From IMG/VR virus record IMGVR_UViG_3300033141_002688, positions 5,302 to 69,301 of that record: a stretch of 64,000 bases of DNA, one strand, 5' to 3'. The position numbers were made by a program, and so were the translations under genes. Of the stretch, positions 1 to 11,219 are shown piece after piece (the stretch's first letter is position 1; each line of letters opens with the position of its first letter). The notes under the pieces were generated by a model. The model made no database searches and had not been told where the DNA came from. It saw only the letters and a list, made by a program, of their open reading frames with translations. Origin of the DNA: a virus.

Positions 1-1
1 T

Positions 2-1486
2 GTAATATCTTTATATACAGAGCGTCAAGGAGAAGATGATTATCTCAATATGCTCATTGCTCTTGGAGAAGGAGAAATAGAAGGAATCTGTTGTGCCACA
101 AATTACAATCATGTATGTCAAACATCAAATCAAAATGAAGCATCTTACTGTACACCCGCAATTGACATTGATGACCAACCGATTGATATATATTCAGATT
201 TACAATGGTGGTATAGAACTGGGACAAATGCTAGTGATGTAAGTAAAAGTGAATATTACCCATTTGCTCAAAATATTATACCCTACTTTGGTGGAGCTAT
301 AGCTCAATATGACGATGGAAGAGAAATAACTTCAGATGGAGTAGTCTACAGAACAACTAAAGAAGTAGATATGGCTACCGTCCAAGTAAATGCTCCAACA
401 TTGTATGAAGTTAGCGGTGCTAATATAGTCAGTCGAAGTGTAGTCTTCAGAGTAGCATTTAGAAAAGAGGGAGACTCCACCTGGATTGATTACCATAGTG
501 ATAAATGGACTATTGATCAGAGTACATACCTCGAAATTGAGAGTTATTCTGATGGTGATACTGAAAAATTAGTATCTCCTGATAGTTGGAATCCTGGAAC
601 AGTAACTATAAAGATATTAGATATCTGGCCTGATACTAAACTAGATTTCTATGATTATTATTATTCTGTTAATGGTAATTCAATTACTGATCAAGGAAAA
701 TTGACAAAAGACTATTATATTACCATCCTTTTGACGGATAGTATAACAGGAAAAACAGAGCAAAAAACTATAAAACATTCATTATCTAGAAAAGAATTAC
801 CTAAAGAAGTTTGGGTTGGTGATTCATACAGTACTACATGGGAATGGGGACCTACTGAACATCATCCAGAGAAATTTAGTTTTGGTAATTATAGTGGAAT
901 TACGTTATGTAAAAAGGGAGAAGTAGCAGATAAATATGGTAATCAAACTATTGGATACTACAAACCTAACATCAGTATTGGAAGTAGTTATACAATTTCC
1001 TCTAGTTCTCAATCAATAACTGATCTAACAATTACTGGAACTACTAAGACAGGTCTGTGGAAATCTGTAACTTTAGATTTTAATACTTTATCTGGAGCTT
1101 CAGGAAAACAGGTATATGAAATAAAAGTATGGAGACCATATGGTGACAGAACTACTTCAATGCAGGCAGAAGATAATATAATACTTAAATCTATAATTGA
1201 GAGAATAAATGGTAATTTCATATATCCGAATACAGCATTGCTAGGCTTGAGAATAAAGGCTACAGAACAATTATCTGGACAACCACCAAATGTTACCACC
1301 GTAGTAAAGGGAATCAAGGTAAAAGTACCCGACTTGGAACGCTCTTCTCCAAGTGGAACTGATATAACATTCAATGATTGTTATTATAACAAATCATTGG
1401 ATAGGTGGGAAACTGTGAATGCAACTGAAGTATATTGGAATGATACAGATAGTTGGAGAACAGAATACTCAAATAATCGAAGATGA
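2..1486 (+). CDS. Tail tip / host-specificity protein (lambda J/TipJ-like), N-terminal part; 5'-truncated by the window edge and broken at ~1476
   Basis: Frame open from base 2. TipJ-like motifs LGEGEIEG, YPNTALLGLRIKATEQLSGQPPNVTTVVKG and W..EYSNN. Confidence 0.8.
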   Translation, partial: VISLYTERQGEDDYLNMLIALGEGEIEGICCATNYNHVCQTSNQNEASYCTPAIDIDDQPIDIYSDLQWWYRTGTNASDVSKSEYYPFAQNIIPYFGGAIAQYDDGREITSDGVVYRTTKEVDMATVQVNAPTLYEVSGANIVSRSVVFRVAFRKEGDSTWIDYHSDKWTIDQSTYLEIESYSDGDTEKLVSPDSWNPGTVTIKILDIWPDTKLDFYDYYYSVNGNSITDQGKLTKDYYITILLTDSITGKTEQKTIKHSLSRKELPKEVWVGDSYSTTWEWGPTEHHPEKFSFGNYSGITLCKKGEVADKYGNQTIGYYKPNISIGSSYTISSSSQSITDLTITGTTKTGLWKSVTLDFNTLSGASGKQVYEIKVWRPYGDRTTSMQAEDNIILKSIIERINGNFIYPNTALLGLRIKATEQLSGQPPNVTTVVKGIKVKVPDLERSSPSGTDITFNDCYYNKSLDRWETVNATEVYWNDTDSWRTEYSNNRR

Positions 1487-3944
1487 TCTGCATACTACTA
1501 CAGTGACTAATGTGATTCAAGAGTGTTCTGCTACCTATACCCCATATGAGAAGGATTATCTAGATTGGTGGAACAATGGAGATGCTAGTGAATTTGGTGA
1601 AAAAATACAATTCACCACCGTTTCTGGGAGTGGAATAGTTAATACAGCAAGTAGATTAGTGCAAGGTTCTTCAGCACAAATTTATCAGTTGATAGTTGAT
1701 CTTAACTCTCCATTAATTACCAATCAAGATTATGATCTAAACTTTACAATAAACAACAGCTCATCAAATGTAAATGTCTCTCTCTATCTATATGATGATT
1801 CAAATGCAGCTTATCTTATAAATATTAAATCTGGGAACTTAACTAATATTGGAGATGGTACTCATTCAGTTACATTTACTCCATCATTATTTGGCAAAAG
1901 TAAGATAAAAATATTAATTGAAGGAGTATCTGGCAATGTTGACCTGAAGGTAACAGATGTATCAATTACAAAATCATCCGGTCTAATGCATTGGCACGAA
2001 TGGGATGGTGTTCTAGATAGAAAACAGGCAGCACTAAGTCTATTATTAGAAATGTGTGACTCATTTAGGACTTGGCCTGTATGGTATGGTGGAAAATTTG
2101 GATTCATCTATGATTCCGATGATACACCAATTCACACTCTCACTGTATCCAATATGAATGACTTTAACCAACAATTCATGTCGTTATCTGAAATCCCATA
2201 TAGATTGATTGGCCAATTCTCTGATGCTGATAATAAATGGGAATTGAGATCATTGATGGCAAAGGCATCACCAAATTTGGGATTGAGTAAAATAAATGAG
2301 AAAACCATTGGTCTAAAGGGTATAACAAACAGAAAAAGAGCCAGCAGAGAACTAAAATGGAAATTAGACAATGTAATAAACAGAAATCTGACTGTTAATT
2401 TCAAAACTGGTCTAGATGCTATTCATGCCAATGCTGGTGATATAGTCTATGTTCAGGATGACCTGCCATCATGGGGGCAGGGTGGGAGAATAACTAACTA
2501 CAACGCTACGGATAAGAAATTCACTTTAACGGAAGAAATAACAGTAGCATCAGTAAGTGCAGATAATATAATACGCTATCAGTTACCAGATAACTCATTC
2601 GCTACTGCTTCTGTAGATGCTTCTAATCTGAGCAATGGTGATTCAACAAGAATAATCTCTCTAAAAAACGTAACCGCAACTCCAGTAGATGATGCCTATT
2701 TTGCATTTGGAGAAATTGGTTCTGAAGCTAAAAAATTCAGGATAATAAGTACTTCAAGAAACTCAGAAGATAGTGTAGAAGTAACAGCATTGGAACACAT
2801 CTCATCTCTTTACTCTTCTTCACATGCCAGTATTATTGTTGAAGATATCAAAATGAGTAAACCAGTCAACGAAATGCAGAAACCACATGCTCCAGTTGAT
2901 GTATCAGTATTATCCATTGAGCCATCAGAAGGATTGGGATTCTGGTTAACAGCAAATCCAGACTCACAGGATACTATGGCTAATGAAGTAGTAGTCCAAA
3001 TGAGAAGAGTTGGCTCAGATGATGATTTCAATACAATAGCCATAATTCCTAGAGGACAGAATAAAACGAAATATGTTGATAATAACCTGAAACCAAATTC
3101 AACTTATGAGTTCAAATTTTTCAGCAGAACAAAATATAAGACTGGAATACCAACAATATTAACTCATACTCTGGCTGCAACTGGGTATCAACCCGATCCG
3201 CCATCAGGATTGAGGATAAAAGGAGCAGACCCAAATACTTCAACATTCAGTGGAAAAGATGTGACTATCGAGTGGAATCCTGTGGGAATTGGTGGGCAAA
3301 CGGATTTAGTAGATGGATATGTAGTTAAAGTTTATCATACAAGTTTCTCCGAAAGCAATAAGCTGAGAGAGAGTTTTGTTAAAAACGAATATTTCAAATA
3401 TACATACGAAATGATGATTGAAGACAGTGGTGGAACAATATATGGAACCGAATCTGATAATCTCATTTTCACTGTTCAGACTAAAGCAACAAATGGTGTT
3501 TTATCTATAGCAAGTGATCCTTTATTTGTATATAACACTATTCCAGCAAATATTAGTTCACTGAGTTCTGAGTCTACTGTTGGAGGAGTTAAGTTCTATT
3601 GGAGAAAAAGCAATGAAGATGACCATAAGGCTTACCAATACAAATTGAAAGTAGGTTCTGGAAATTGGAGTGCTGTTAGTAATACTGAAGATAATAGTTT
3701 AATTAGGACATTAAATGCTACTGAAATTGATTCATATGGGAATAGAGCAGGTATTGCTTTTAAGGTTAAGGATTTGGATTGGTTTGGGCAAAGTTCTGAC
3801 AATTGGGCAAGCACTTGTGCTAGTGCGAATACGATTAGTTGTGATATTTTTAGACTTTCAATTTCTCTTAGTGCAAGTATATCAGGGACATCTGCAAGTT
3901 TAATTGATGGTGAGACTAATTCTGGAGGAGTTTTAATTCCATAA
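1419..3944 (+). CDS. Tail tip protein (TipJ-like), central/C-terminal part with FN3-like domains
   Basis: Phage-tail_3-like region (GITNRKRASRE...F.TGLDA...GDIVYVQD...WG.GGRI), KFRIIST...VEVTALEH, then FN3-like repeats (LKPNSTYEFK, PDPPSGL). Continues the previous ORF. Confidence 0.8.
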   Translation: MQLKYIGMIQIVGEQNTQIIEDDLHTTTVTNVIQECSATYTPYEKDYLDWWNNGDASEFGEKIQFTTVSGSGIVNTASRLVQGSSAQIYQLIVDLNSPLITNQDYDLNFTINNSSSNVNVSLYLYDDSNAAYLINIKSGNLTNIGDGTHSVTFTPSLFGKSKIKILIEGVSGNVDLKVTDVSITKSSGLMHWHEWDGVLDRKQAALSLLLEMCDSFRTWPVWYGGKFGFIYDSDDTPIHTLTVSNMNDFNQQFMSLSEIPYRLIGQFSDADNKWELRSLMAKASPNLGLSKINEKTIGLKGITNRKRASRELKWKLDNVINRNLTVNFKTGLDAIHANAGDIVYVQDDLPSWGQGGRITNYNATDKKFTLTEEITVASVSADNIIRYQLPDNSFATASVDASNLSNGDSTRIISLKNVTATPVDDAYFAFGEIGSEAKKFRIISTSRNSEDSVEVTALEHISSLYSSSHASIIVEDIKMSKPVNEMQKPHAPVDVSVLSIEPSEGLGFWLTANPDSQDTMANEVVVQMRRVGSDDDFNTIAIIPRGQNKTKYVDNNLKPNSTYEFKFFSRTKYKTGIPTILTHTLAATGYQPDPPSGLRIKGADPNTSTFSGKDVTIEWNPVGIGGQTDLVDGYVVKVYHTSFSESNKLRESFVKNEYFKYTYEMMIEDSGGTIYGTESDNLIFTVQTKATNGVLSIASDPLFVYNTIPANISSLSSESTVGGVKFYWRKSNEDDHKAYQYKLKVGSGNWSAVSNTEDNSLIRTLNATEIDSYGNRAGIAFKVKDLDWFGQSSDNWASTCASANTISCDIFRLSISLSASISGTSASLIDGETNSGGVLIP

Positions 3945-5227
3945 TGTCTAGGAAATTGACTTATGAATTTGTGAAATCACAATTTGAAAAAGAAGGTTAT
4001 ACTCTACTAACTAAAGAGTATAAAAATACTAAACAGAAGTTAGAATATATTTGTCCTAAAGGACACAAGCATTCAATAACTTGGGATGCTTGGCAACAAG
4101 GACATAGATGTTTATATTGTTCAGGTAAAGCCAAGAAAACAATTGAAGAAGTTAGAGAAGCATTTGAATCTGAAGGTTATACTTTACTAACCAAGGAGTA
4201 TAAAAATAATCAACAAAAGCTCAAATACATTTGTCCAAATGGACACAAGCATTCAATAAAATGGCATAATTGGTATCATGGTTATAGATGTCCCTATTGC
4301 TCAGGAAATACTAAGAAAACAATTGAAGAAGTAAGAGAAGCATTTAAATCTGAAAATTATATTCTATTAACTAAGGAATATAAGAACGCTTTTCAAAAGC
4401 TTAAATTTATATGTCCAAATGGGCACAAGCACTCTATAACTTGGGCTAATTTTCAACGAGGTCAAAGATGTCCTTATTGTATAAATAAGAATATCAAGAA
4501 GACAATAGAAGAAATCAGAGAAGCATTTGAATCTGAAGGTTATACACTCTTAACTAAGGAATATAAGAATAATTCTCAGAAACTAAAATATATTTGTCCT
4601 CAAGGACACAGACATTCTATAAGTTGGCATGAATGGCAACAAGGTACAAGGTGCTCTTATTGTGCTCATATTAAGATTGCTAATAAGCGGAAATTAGATT
4701 ATGAATTTGTTAAAAGTGAATTTGAAAAAGAAGGTTGCAAGTTATTAACTAAAGAATATAAAAATTGTTATCAAAAATTAGATTATATTTGTCCTAGAGG
4801 ACATAGACATTCAATAAAATGGAATAGTTGGCAACAAGGCAGAAGATGCCCTTATTGTTATCATGAAAGTAGAATCAAATACTACACTAAAAAAGATTTA
4901 GAGAGATACAATAGTTATAGAGAAGCAGTAGACAATCTAACCAATAGAATATATAAAAAGTATAGAAATTATATCAATCCAAGTAAACATAGAAGAGGAA
5001 AACGTTCTTACCATCTAGATCATATTTATTCAGTGATAGATGGATTCGAGAATAATATTCCAATAGATATAATTTCAAACCCCAATAATCTGAGAATAAT
5101 TCCTACAAAAGAGAATTTAAATAAGAATGGAACTTCTTATATCTCTAAAATGATGCTATATCATATATCTACCTCAGAGGTGATAATAAGTGGGCTGGCA
5201 GACGGTCGCATACGAATACGAAAATAG
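3944..5227 (+). mobile_element. Free-standing HNH homing endonuclease with five tandem zinc-ribbon repeats
   Basis: Five ~59-aa repeats FE.EGY.LLTKEYKN..QKL.YICP.GH.HSI.W..W..G.RC.YC; C-terminal YHLDHIYS...NLRIIPTKENLNK HNH motif; lies between tail genes. Confidence 0.85.
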
Positions 5228-8200
5228 CTACCTCTTTCATAAGTTCCTATTGTGGGCTTCCACTAATGGAAATATATATTTTTCATTAAAAGAAAAATTG
5301 AATGATGGATGGAAATGGTTTGCTGGAGATGCCTCTCATAAATTAATTACCGACCAGAAACTTACAGAATATGGTAGTGAAAGTTCAGCTCAGACTAATT
5401 ATTTGGCTATGACCAGTGGAAAATTCCTCGCAGTTCTTCCTCAAATCTATCAAGCAAAATTTATTCGCCTTCATGTCCAATCAGGAAATAATGTACAAAT
5501 CCATGAGTTTAGGCCTAGTACATATTTTTCATGCCATGAATTAATTTCAGGTGAATTACATATTACAGATAAGCTTTCAGATGCTCCATTAATAAGAATA
5601 ACTAAATCTGATATAGATAGAGTTAAATTGGGTAATTTTGAGAGCAGTTTTTATGGTATTGTAGGATATGATGCAAGCTCAAATAAAATTTTTGAGCTGA
5701 GTGATAATCAGCAGATAATAGCGGGTTGGGATTTTGATACAACTTCCCTAAGCGCAGGTAATATAACACTAGACAGTTCTACTCCCAGTATTAAGCTAGG
5801 TTCTGCTACTGATTACATGACAGGCACAGGAATATGGATGGGTAATGATAGCGGAACCTATAAATTACATATTGGCAATCCAAATGATAAATATTTAAAG
5901 TGGGATGGTACTGACCTAACTATAACAGGTCACTTTATTGGCACTTCAGAAATAGGAGCTACTTCTTCTAACTCCTTCACTATCAATGATGATGCTGATG
6001 ATGTTACTGTTCAGTTGATTTTGGACAGAACTACAGGCGGGGCAGCTACCCTGAGCTGGGACGGTGCTGAGCTGACATCAGATGTCACTGTTGACGTTGA
6101 TGGGAGCTTGCTGCAATTAGCCACCAAGGAATATGTTGATCTCGCTGTCACTAGCCTTGGGGCTTCCTACTACATGCTGGATACGGCTTCTGGCATTAGC
6201 GATTACAAGTTGTGCTCCCTGACACCATCGGGTGATGCTGAGACTTATCTGGAATCTGCCGATTTAAGCGATAACGATTATATTGGTGGTTGGATTTCCG
6301 CTTCAGGAGAAACACCAGATGTGCTTCTGACTGGTGACTTTAACTTCTACCTTACGGCGGAGAAAACCACAGGCACAAAAACCCTGAAACTGTACTGGAA
6401 GATGTACGAGAGGAAGTCGGATACATCAGAGACACTGATAGCGACATCTTCTGTCAGCAATGAAGTTGACAGTAAAGACACTTTTGTTATACCCTTGGTG
6501 CTCACCTCAGACTATGAGCCTGATAGTGGTTCCAGGATTGTAGGTAAACTGTATGCCTCTGTGACGGGTAGCGGTAATGCCCCCACTGTGCGCATTTACT
6601 ATCGGGGCAGCACAGGCTCCAGGTGGGATATTCCTGCCAACAGTGAAGTATTCCGTAGTATTTTTGTGCCTTATGATGGGGCAGTGCAAGATGTTGATTT
6701 GGGTAGTTACACATTGACCGCACCAACTGTCAAACTCTCCAATCTCACTGACGGCTACATCCCTTATCACGTATCTGATGCCTCTGGGCTGGCTAATAGT
6801 CCTATTTATACTAATGGGACAGATATCAGAATTGGGACTGCCGGAAGTCTAACAAGAGCATTAGAGATAATTAGAGACGATCATATTGCAATTCAACTAA
6901 AGACAACAGCAAACTCCAAACATACTGAGGTGATCTTCATTTCTAAGGCTGCTGACGGTTCGGATCATTGGTGGACTATTGGTAGTCCATATGGAACTCC
7001 TGAGAGATTTGTAATAAGCCCAAGTGGTATGGAGGTTGGAGATGAGTTTGTAATTTTGGAAAGTGGCAACGTAGGCTTCCGAACCACCACTCCCAAGGCC
7101 AATGTAGAAATTGAAGACGGCGGAACTAGCAATAGTGTATTGTTGAAGATTACTCAGGATGATGTAAATGTCTGGGGTTTGATGATTGGGAATGACACCT
7201 ATTCCACTGATGATACAAAAGGCCTTGGATTTTTAGTTGCGGATACTGGAAACACGCACATTCAAAGTACCGCAAGTGGGGATCTCTCAATTATTGCAAA
7301 AGGCACCGTAGATACTTCAAGTGTGCGAATTCAAGCAGAAAACAAAATCTACTTCCAAGACTACAACTCCGGCTCCACAAGTACCAAGATCACTATGGAT
7401 ATGCAGAATGGTAGATTGGGAATTGGAGGAACAGCGCCCTACCCTTTCTATGTAAAAAGTAGTGTTGACTATGTGGCAGCCTTTGAGTCAAATGATGCCT
7501 TTGCAGGTATTCTTCTTACTGATCCTAATCATACTTTTGGAGTCGCTACCCTTTCTGATTTCTTTATTATACGTGATTATAACACTGGTAATGATATACT
7601 TCGGATTAGAGCTGGTGCAGAAGCTAATACTCTCAAGATTGCGTCTAGTAGCTGTGTCCTCATTGGCACTGACACAGACAACGCAGGCAAATTACAAGTC
7701 CTCTCCACCTCAGAACAATTGAGATTGGAGTATGACAATACCCACTATGCTAGTTTCACGGTAAACTCAAATGGCACTCTGACCTTGGCTCCTACTGGAG
7801 ATTTTATCCTCAACCCCACTGGCAATGACGTTTACCCAAACACCAACTACGATATAAACCTTGGCCTGCTGACTAAGAAGTTTCTTACCCTGCACGCAGC
7901 AGAATTGTGGGTTGAGACTCTGGTTGCTCAAAACACAATGGCTACTATTGGCGGTAGGATACTTGTGGCCCCCACCACAGAGCTAACAAGCGACCTGTCT
8001 GACACAGCTACTACAATCTACGTAAAACACAACAATCTAGCCAGCGGAGACAGAGTTTACCTAGAGTCCAATGGCAAAGTGGAGTTTATGAGTATTGACT
8101 CGGCCCCTAGCGGCTCCGGCCCCTATTCTTACACAGTCACCAGAAACTTAGACGGCTCAGGAGCCAACCAGTGGTATGCGGGGGATGCAGTGCTGAACAC

Positions 8201-10823
8201 TGGCACTACAGGAGACGGTTTTATAGACATCTACTCAGTCAGGGGAGTAAAATCTTCCTCTCAATATGGCCCAACCATAGTAGGCAATGTCAGAAACAGC
8301 AGCACTTACAACGATTGGACAGAAGTGTGGGCAGTTGGCAACCTGAACGGCTTGTACGGGTATAGTAGTAATACCTACGGGGCCGCTTTTGGGAAATACT
8401 CCGCTGCTGATTACATTACGATTGACCCAAGCAATGGCATCAGATTTTTCGATAGCGGAGATGTGGTGCAGGCGCAATTGAGCAGCAGCGTGTGGACGCT
8501 GGGCGAGGTGGCCGCTGCTAAGAGCAACATCCAGATCACCGCCGGAACAATCAAGTTACGCACCAACACCACAAGCCACTTGGAGCTGTCCACAGCGGGG
8601 GCCTTTTGGGCAGGGGACACTTCTTCCACAGAGCGCATAGAGTGGAACAGCTCAGACGGACTGTTCATTACCGACTCCAGCAATAACAAAGTGTTCCAGG
8701 CCGACCCCTCTGGCAATGTGAATATTGCCGGCACAGTGGACATAGGGGTAGGGGCGTTTGCTGATTTGCCCAGTGATGAAAATCTGGTTGGATATTGGAG
8801 TTTTGATGATGGCACGGGTACAGTGGCGGTTGACGGCTCAGGAAACGGGAATGATGGAACTCTCTACAACATGGAAGAGGCTGACTGGGTTGATGGTGCT
8901 GTTGGAAAAGCTTTAAGTTTTGATGGCGTGGATGAATTTGTCGAGATTGATGATCCAGTATTGGGCGAAGCAGCCATTACAATTTCAGCCTGGGTAAAGA
9001 AAACAGCTTATACACGGTATCAAGGAATCGTGGCCGATTATTATGGAGGATATAAGAACTTTATCTTAGGATATGAAACTCCAGAAAATTCAGTAGCATT
9101 CTATGTTGGTGATGGAACATCTAGGGATTCCATATTTATAACAGGTTTCACACAAGATGAATGGCATCATATCGTAGGTGTGTTTGATGGTAGTGCAGGC
9201 ACTTTAGCAATATATCTTGATGGAAATAAACAGGAGAAGAACACCTCAATCACAAATGTTGGTTCTTCACAATCACCTTATTGCTCTATAGGTAGATATA
9301 GTTCTTATTACTTTAACGGCCTCATAGACGAAGTCCGCATCTACAACAGAGCACTCACACCCTCAGAGATCAAAGCCCTCTATCTCTACCCCGCAGGCAA
9401 CAGAGGCACACGCATAAGCGGAAACCGCATACGCACCGGCATTATCCAATCGGACAACTATGCTGCCAGCGCAGGCTCAATGCTCAACCTGAATGACGGC
9501 ACATTTAAGCTAGGCGGTTCCAGTACTCCTGAGTTTGAATTTGACGGTAGCAATTTGTATGTCGGTTTGCAGGCTGGAGAGCATGTAAAGGTAAGCTCCA
9601 CAGCAGTCCAAATCAAAAATGGAGCCACTGTCTACACTGACCTGACAAACGGAGTGCTCACGCTGGGGGACTCTAGCAGCGGTGAATATATCTTGCTTAA
9701 TGGAACCGATGGCATTCAGATGTATTCAGGTGCTATGCAACGGATGAGATTAAACATAGATGGCAGTGGGTGGTTTGTTGGTGCAAATGTTTTTTCTTGG
9801 GATACAAGCGGAAATCTCAGCGTATCTGGCAATATCACTTCAGCCTCCATTACCAGCAGCACCATAGACGGAAGCATCATTACAGGAGGTACTTTTAGAA
9901 CTTCGAGCACAGGAAAGAAAATTATTATTACTTCTGATGGTCTTGTTTTTGATACAGGAGCTACAACTGGGAAATATGGTACTTTCAAGTACGGTGACGG
10001 CACTAAGTATGGCTCTGGGGCATTGGCCTATATTCATCACTCAGCCTACGATGTTCCCTTTTATATTGCTTCAGAACAAAGTGTAGCAGATTTTCATTTC
10101 TACAACAGAGCATCCTGGCCTTCCGGTGCTGCTGAAATAGGGGACGTTGCTGTTAAGAGTGGGGTTCTTGGGGTTTGTACTTCCGCTGGTACTCCTGGAA
10201 CTTGGAAAGGGTTTGCTTATGATGACCATAACCACGATTCAGATTATGCTTCTCTTAACCATGAGCATACTAATATTTCAGATGCAGATGGTGATACTAA
10301 AATCCAAACGGAGGAATCTGCAGATGAAGATCACATCCGCATGGATGTAGCAGGAACCGAAGCCTTCGACTTAAGCAACAATGGAGTTTTAACTCTTGCT
10401 AAACAGGCTAGGGCTAGGGCGTATCAAAGCGGAACTGGACAAACTATAACCTCTGGTACTGACACAAAAGTCACTCTTAATTCTGAGACTTATGATGAGC
10501 AGAATGAGTTTGATTCTAGTACCAATTACCGCTTTACTGCAACGGAAGCCGGTTATTATTTACTAATTGGTAGTGTGCTTTTAGCATCACCAGCAGACAA
10601 TCAGCGTCTCACAATTATGTTTTACAAAAATGGAACACAGATTACAAATAACCAAACAACAGTAGCAGGCACTCCTGCATTTTCTGGTTGTAATGGGGCA
10701 GAGATTGTATATCTTGCTGCTAGTGATTATGTTGAGATGTGGATTTATCAAAACGCAGGTGTTAATAAACAGTTACATCCAAGCTCAAGTGGTACTTATT
10801 TTGCAGTACATAAGCTCTCATAG
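5190..10823 (+). CDS. Large mosaic tail fibre / receptor-binding protein with LamG (concanavalin-like) domain and C-terminal C1q-like domain
   Basis: 1877 aa, G/S/T-rich beta repeats; LamG signature LVGYWSFDDG...FNGLIDEVRIYNRAL (~8775-9390); C1q-like end (YDEQNEFD...RFTATEAGYY...YLAASDYVE); GAGGTG SD before the GTG start. Confidence 0.85.
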   Translation: MGWQTVAYEYENSYLFHKFLLWASTNGNIYFSLKEKLNDGWKWFAGDASHKLITDQKLTEYGSESSAQTNYLAMTSGKFLAVLPQIYQAKFIRLHVQSGNNVQIHEFRPSTYFSCHELISGELHITDKLSDAPLIRITKSDIDRVKLGNFESSFYGIVGYDASSNKIFELSDNQQIIAGWDFDTTSLSAGNITLDSSTPSIKLGSATDYMTGTGIWMGNDSGTYKLHIGNPNDKYLKWDGTDLTITGHFIGTSEIGATSSNSFTINDDADDVTVQLILDRTTGGAATLSWDGAELTSDVTVDVDGSLLQLATKEYVDLAVTSLGASYYMLDTASGISDYKLCSLTPSGDAETYLESADLSDNDYIGGWISASGETPDVLLTGDFNFYLTAEKTTGTKTLKLYWKMYERKSDTSETLIATSSVSNEVDSKDTFVIPLVLTSDYEPDSGSRIVGKLYASVTGSGNAPTVRIYYRGSTGSRWDIPANSEVFRSIFVPYDGAVQDVDLGSYTLTAPTVKLSNLTDGYIPYHVSDASGLANSPIYTNGTDIRIGTAGSLTRALEIIRDDHIAIQLKTTANSKHTEVIFISKAADGSDHWWTIGSPYGTPERFVISPSGMEVGDEFVILESGNVGFRTTTPKANVEIEDGGTSNSVLLKITQDDVNVWGLMIGNDTYSTDDTKGLGFLVADTGNTHIQSTASGDLSIIAKGTVDTSSVRIQAENKIYFQDYNSGSTSTKITMDMQNGRLGIGGTAPYPFYVKSSVDYVAAFESNDAFAGILLTDPNHTFGVATLSDFFIIRDYNTGNDILRIRAGAEANTLKIASSSCVLIGTDTDNAGKLQVLSTSEQLRLEYDNTHYASFTVNSNGTLTLAPTGDFILNPTGNDVYPNTNYDINLGLLTKKFLTLHAAELWVETLVAQNTMATIGGRILVAPTTELTSDLSDTATTIYVKHNNLASGDRVYLESNGKVEFMSIDSAPSGSGPYSYTVTRNLDGSGANQWYAGDAVLNTGTTGDGFIDIYSVRGVKSSSQYGPTIVGNVRNSSTYNDWTEVWAVGNLNGLYGYSSNTYGAAFGKYSAADYITIDPSNGIRFFDSGDVVQAQLSSSVWTLGEVAAAKSNIQITAGTIKLRTNTTSHLELSTAGAFWAGDTSSTERIEWNSSDGLFITDSSNNKVFQADPSGNVNIAGTVDIGVGAFADLPSDENLVGYWSFDDGTGTVAVDGSGNGNDGTLYNMEEADWVDGAVGKALSFDGVDEFVEIDDPVLGEAAITISAWVKKTAYTRYQGIVADYYGGYKNFILGYETPENSVAFYVGDGTSRDSIFITGFTQDEWHHIVGVFDGSAGTLAIYLDGNKQEKNTSITNVGSSQSPYCSIGRYSSYYFNGLIDEVRIYNRALTPSEIKALYLYPAGNRGTRISGNRIRTGIIQSDNYAASAGSMLNLNDGTFKLGGSSTPEFEFDGSNLYVGLQAGEHVKVSSTAVQIKNGATVYTDLTNGVLTLGDSSSGEYILLNGTDGIQMYSGAMQRMRLNIDGSGWFVGANVFSWDTSGNLSVSGNITSASITSSTIDGSIITGGTFRTSSTGKKIIITSDGLVFDTGATTGKYGTFKYGDGTKYGSGALAYIHHSAYDVPFYIASEQSVADFHFYNRASWPSGAAEIGDVAVKSGVLGVCTSAGTPGTWKGFAYDDHNHDSDYASLNHEHTNISDADGDTKIQTEESADEDHIRMDVAGTEAFDLSNNGVLTLAKQARARAYQSGTGQTITSGTDTKVTLNSETYDEQNEFDSSTNYRFTATEAGYYLLIGSVLLASPADNQRLTIMFYKNGTQITNNQTTVAGTPAFSGCNGAEIVYLAASDYVEMWIYQNAGVNKQLHPSSSGTYFAVHKLS

Positions 10824-10838
10824 AGGAGGTAATAGGTA

Positions 10839-11207
10839 ATGGTAAAAGAGAATCTTTCATTAGAAACGATTCAAAAGATTGAGGATGTAATTTTGGCAAT
10901 TGGAAAAGATGCCGGAGTCAAAGCCTTTGATCATGTTGCTCTTGACCGTGTGGAATGGGTTGCAAATGCTATTTACCAGCGTATTCGGCGTGCAAAGGAT
11001 GAAGTAGTAGAAAAGATTTTTGACCCAAGCGATAAAGATTGTACTATAGATGAAGTCAGTAAGGAAGAGATATTAAGTAACCTAGTTTCTAGAGAAGACG
11101 ATCCACTAGAAAAGAAAAAGTTTTGGTCTGAGGAGACGAAAGATGAAATTATCGCTAGAGCCAAAGTAAAATCTGCCAAGGAAAAAGAGGTAGAAAACAA
11201 GAGGTAG
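10839..11207 (+). CDS. Hypothetical protein, possible tail fibre chaperone
   Basis: GGAGG SD; directly downstream of the fibre gene. Function inferred from position only. Confidence 0.55.
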   Translation: MVKENLSLETIQKIEDVILAIGKDAGVKAFDHVALDRVEWVANAIYQRIRRAKDEVVEKIFDPSDKDCTIDEVSKEEILSNLVSREDDPLEKKKFWSEETKDEIIARAKVKSAKEKEVENKR

Positions 11208-11219
11208 GAGGAGGTTATA

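Noticed and set aside
3944-5227. Group I intron or intein around the HNH ORF
   Set aside because: No non-coding flanks for P/Q/R/S elements, and the ORF is not in frame with either neighbour.
5190-10823. Diversity-generating retroelement target in the tail fibre
   Set aside because: No reverse transcriptase or adenine-variant template repeat seen in this window.
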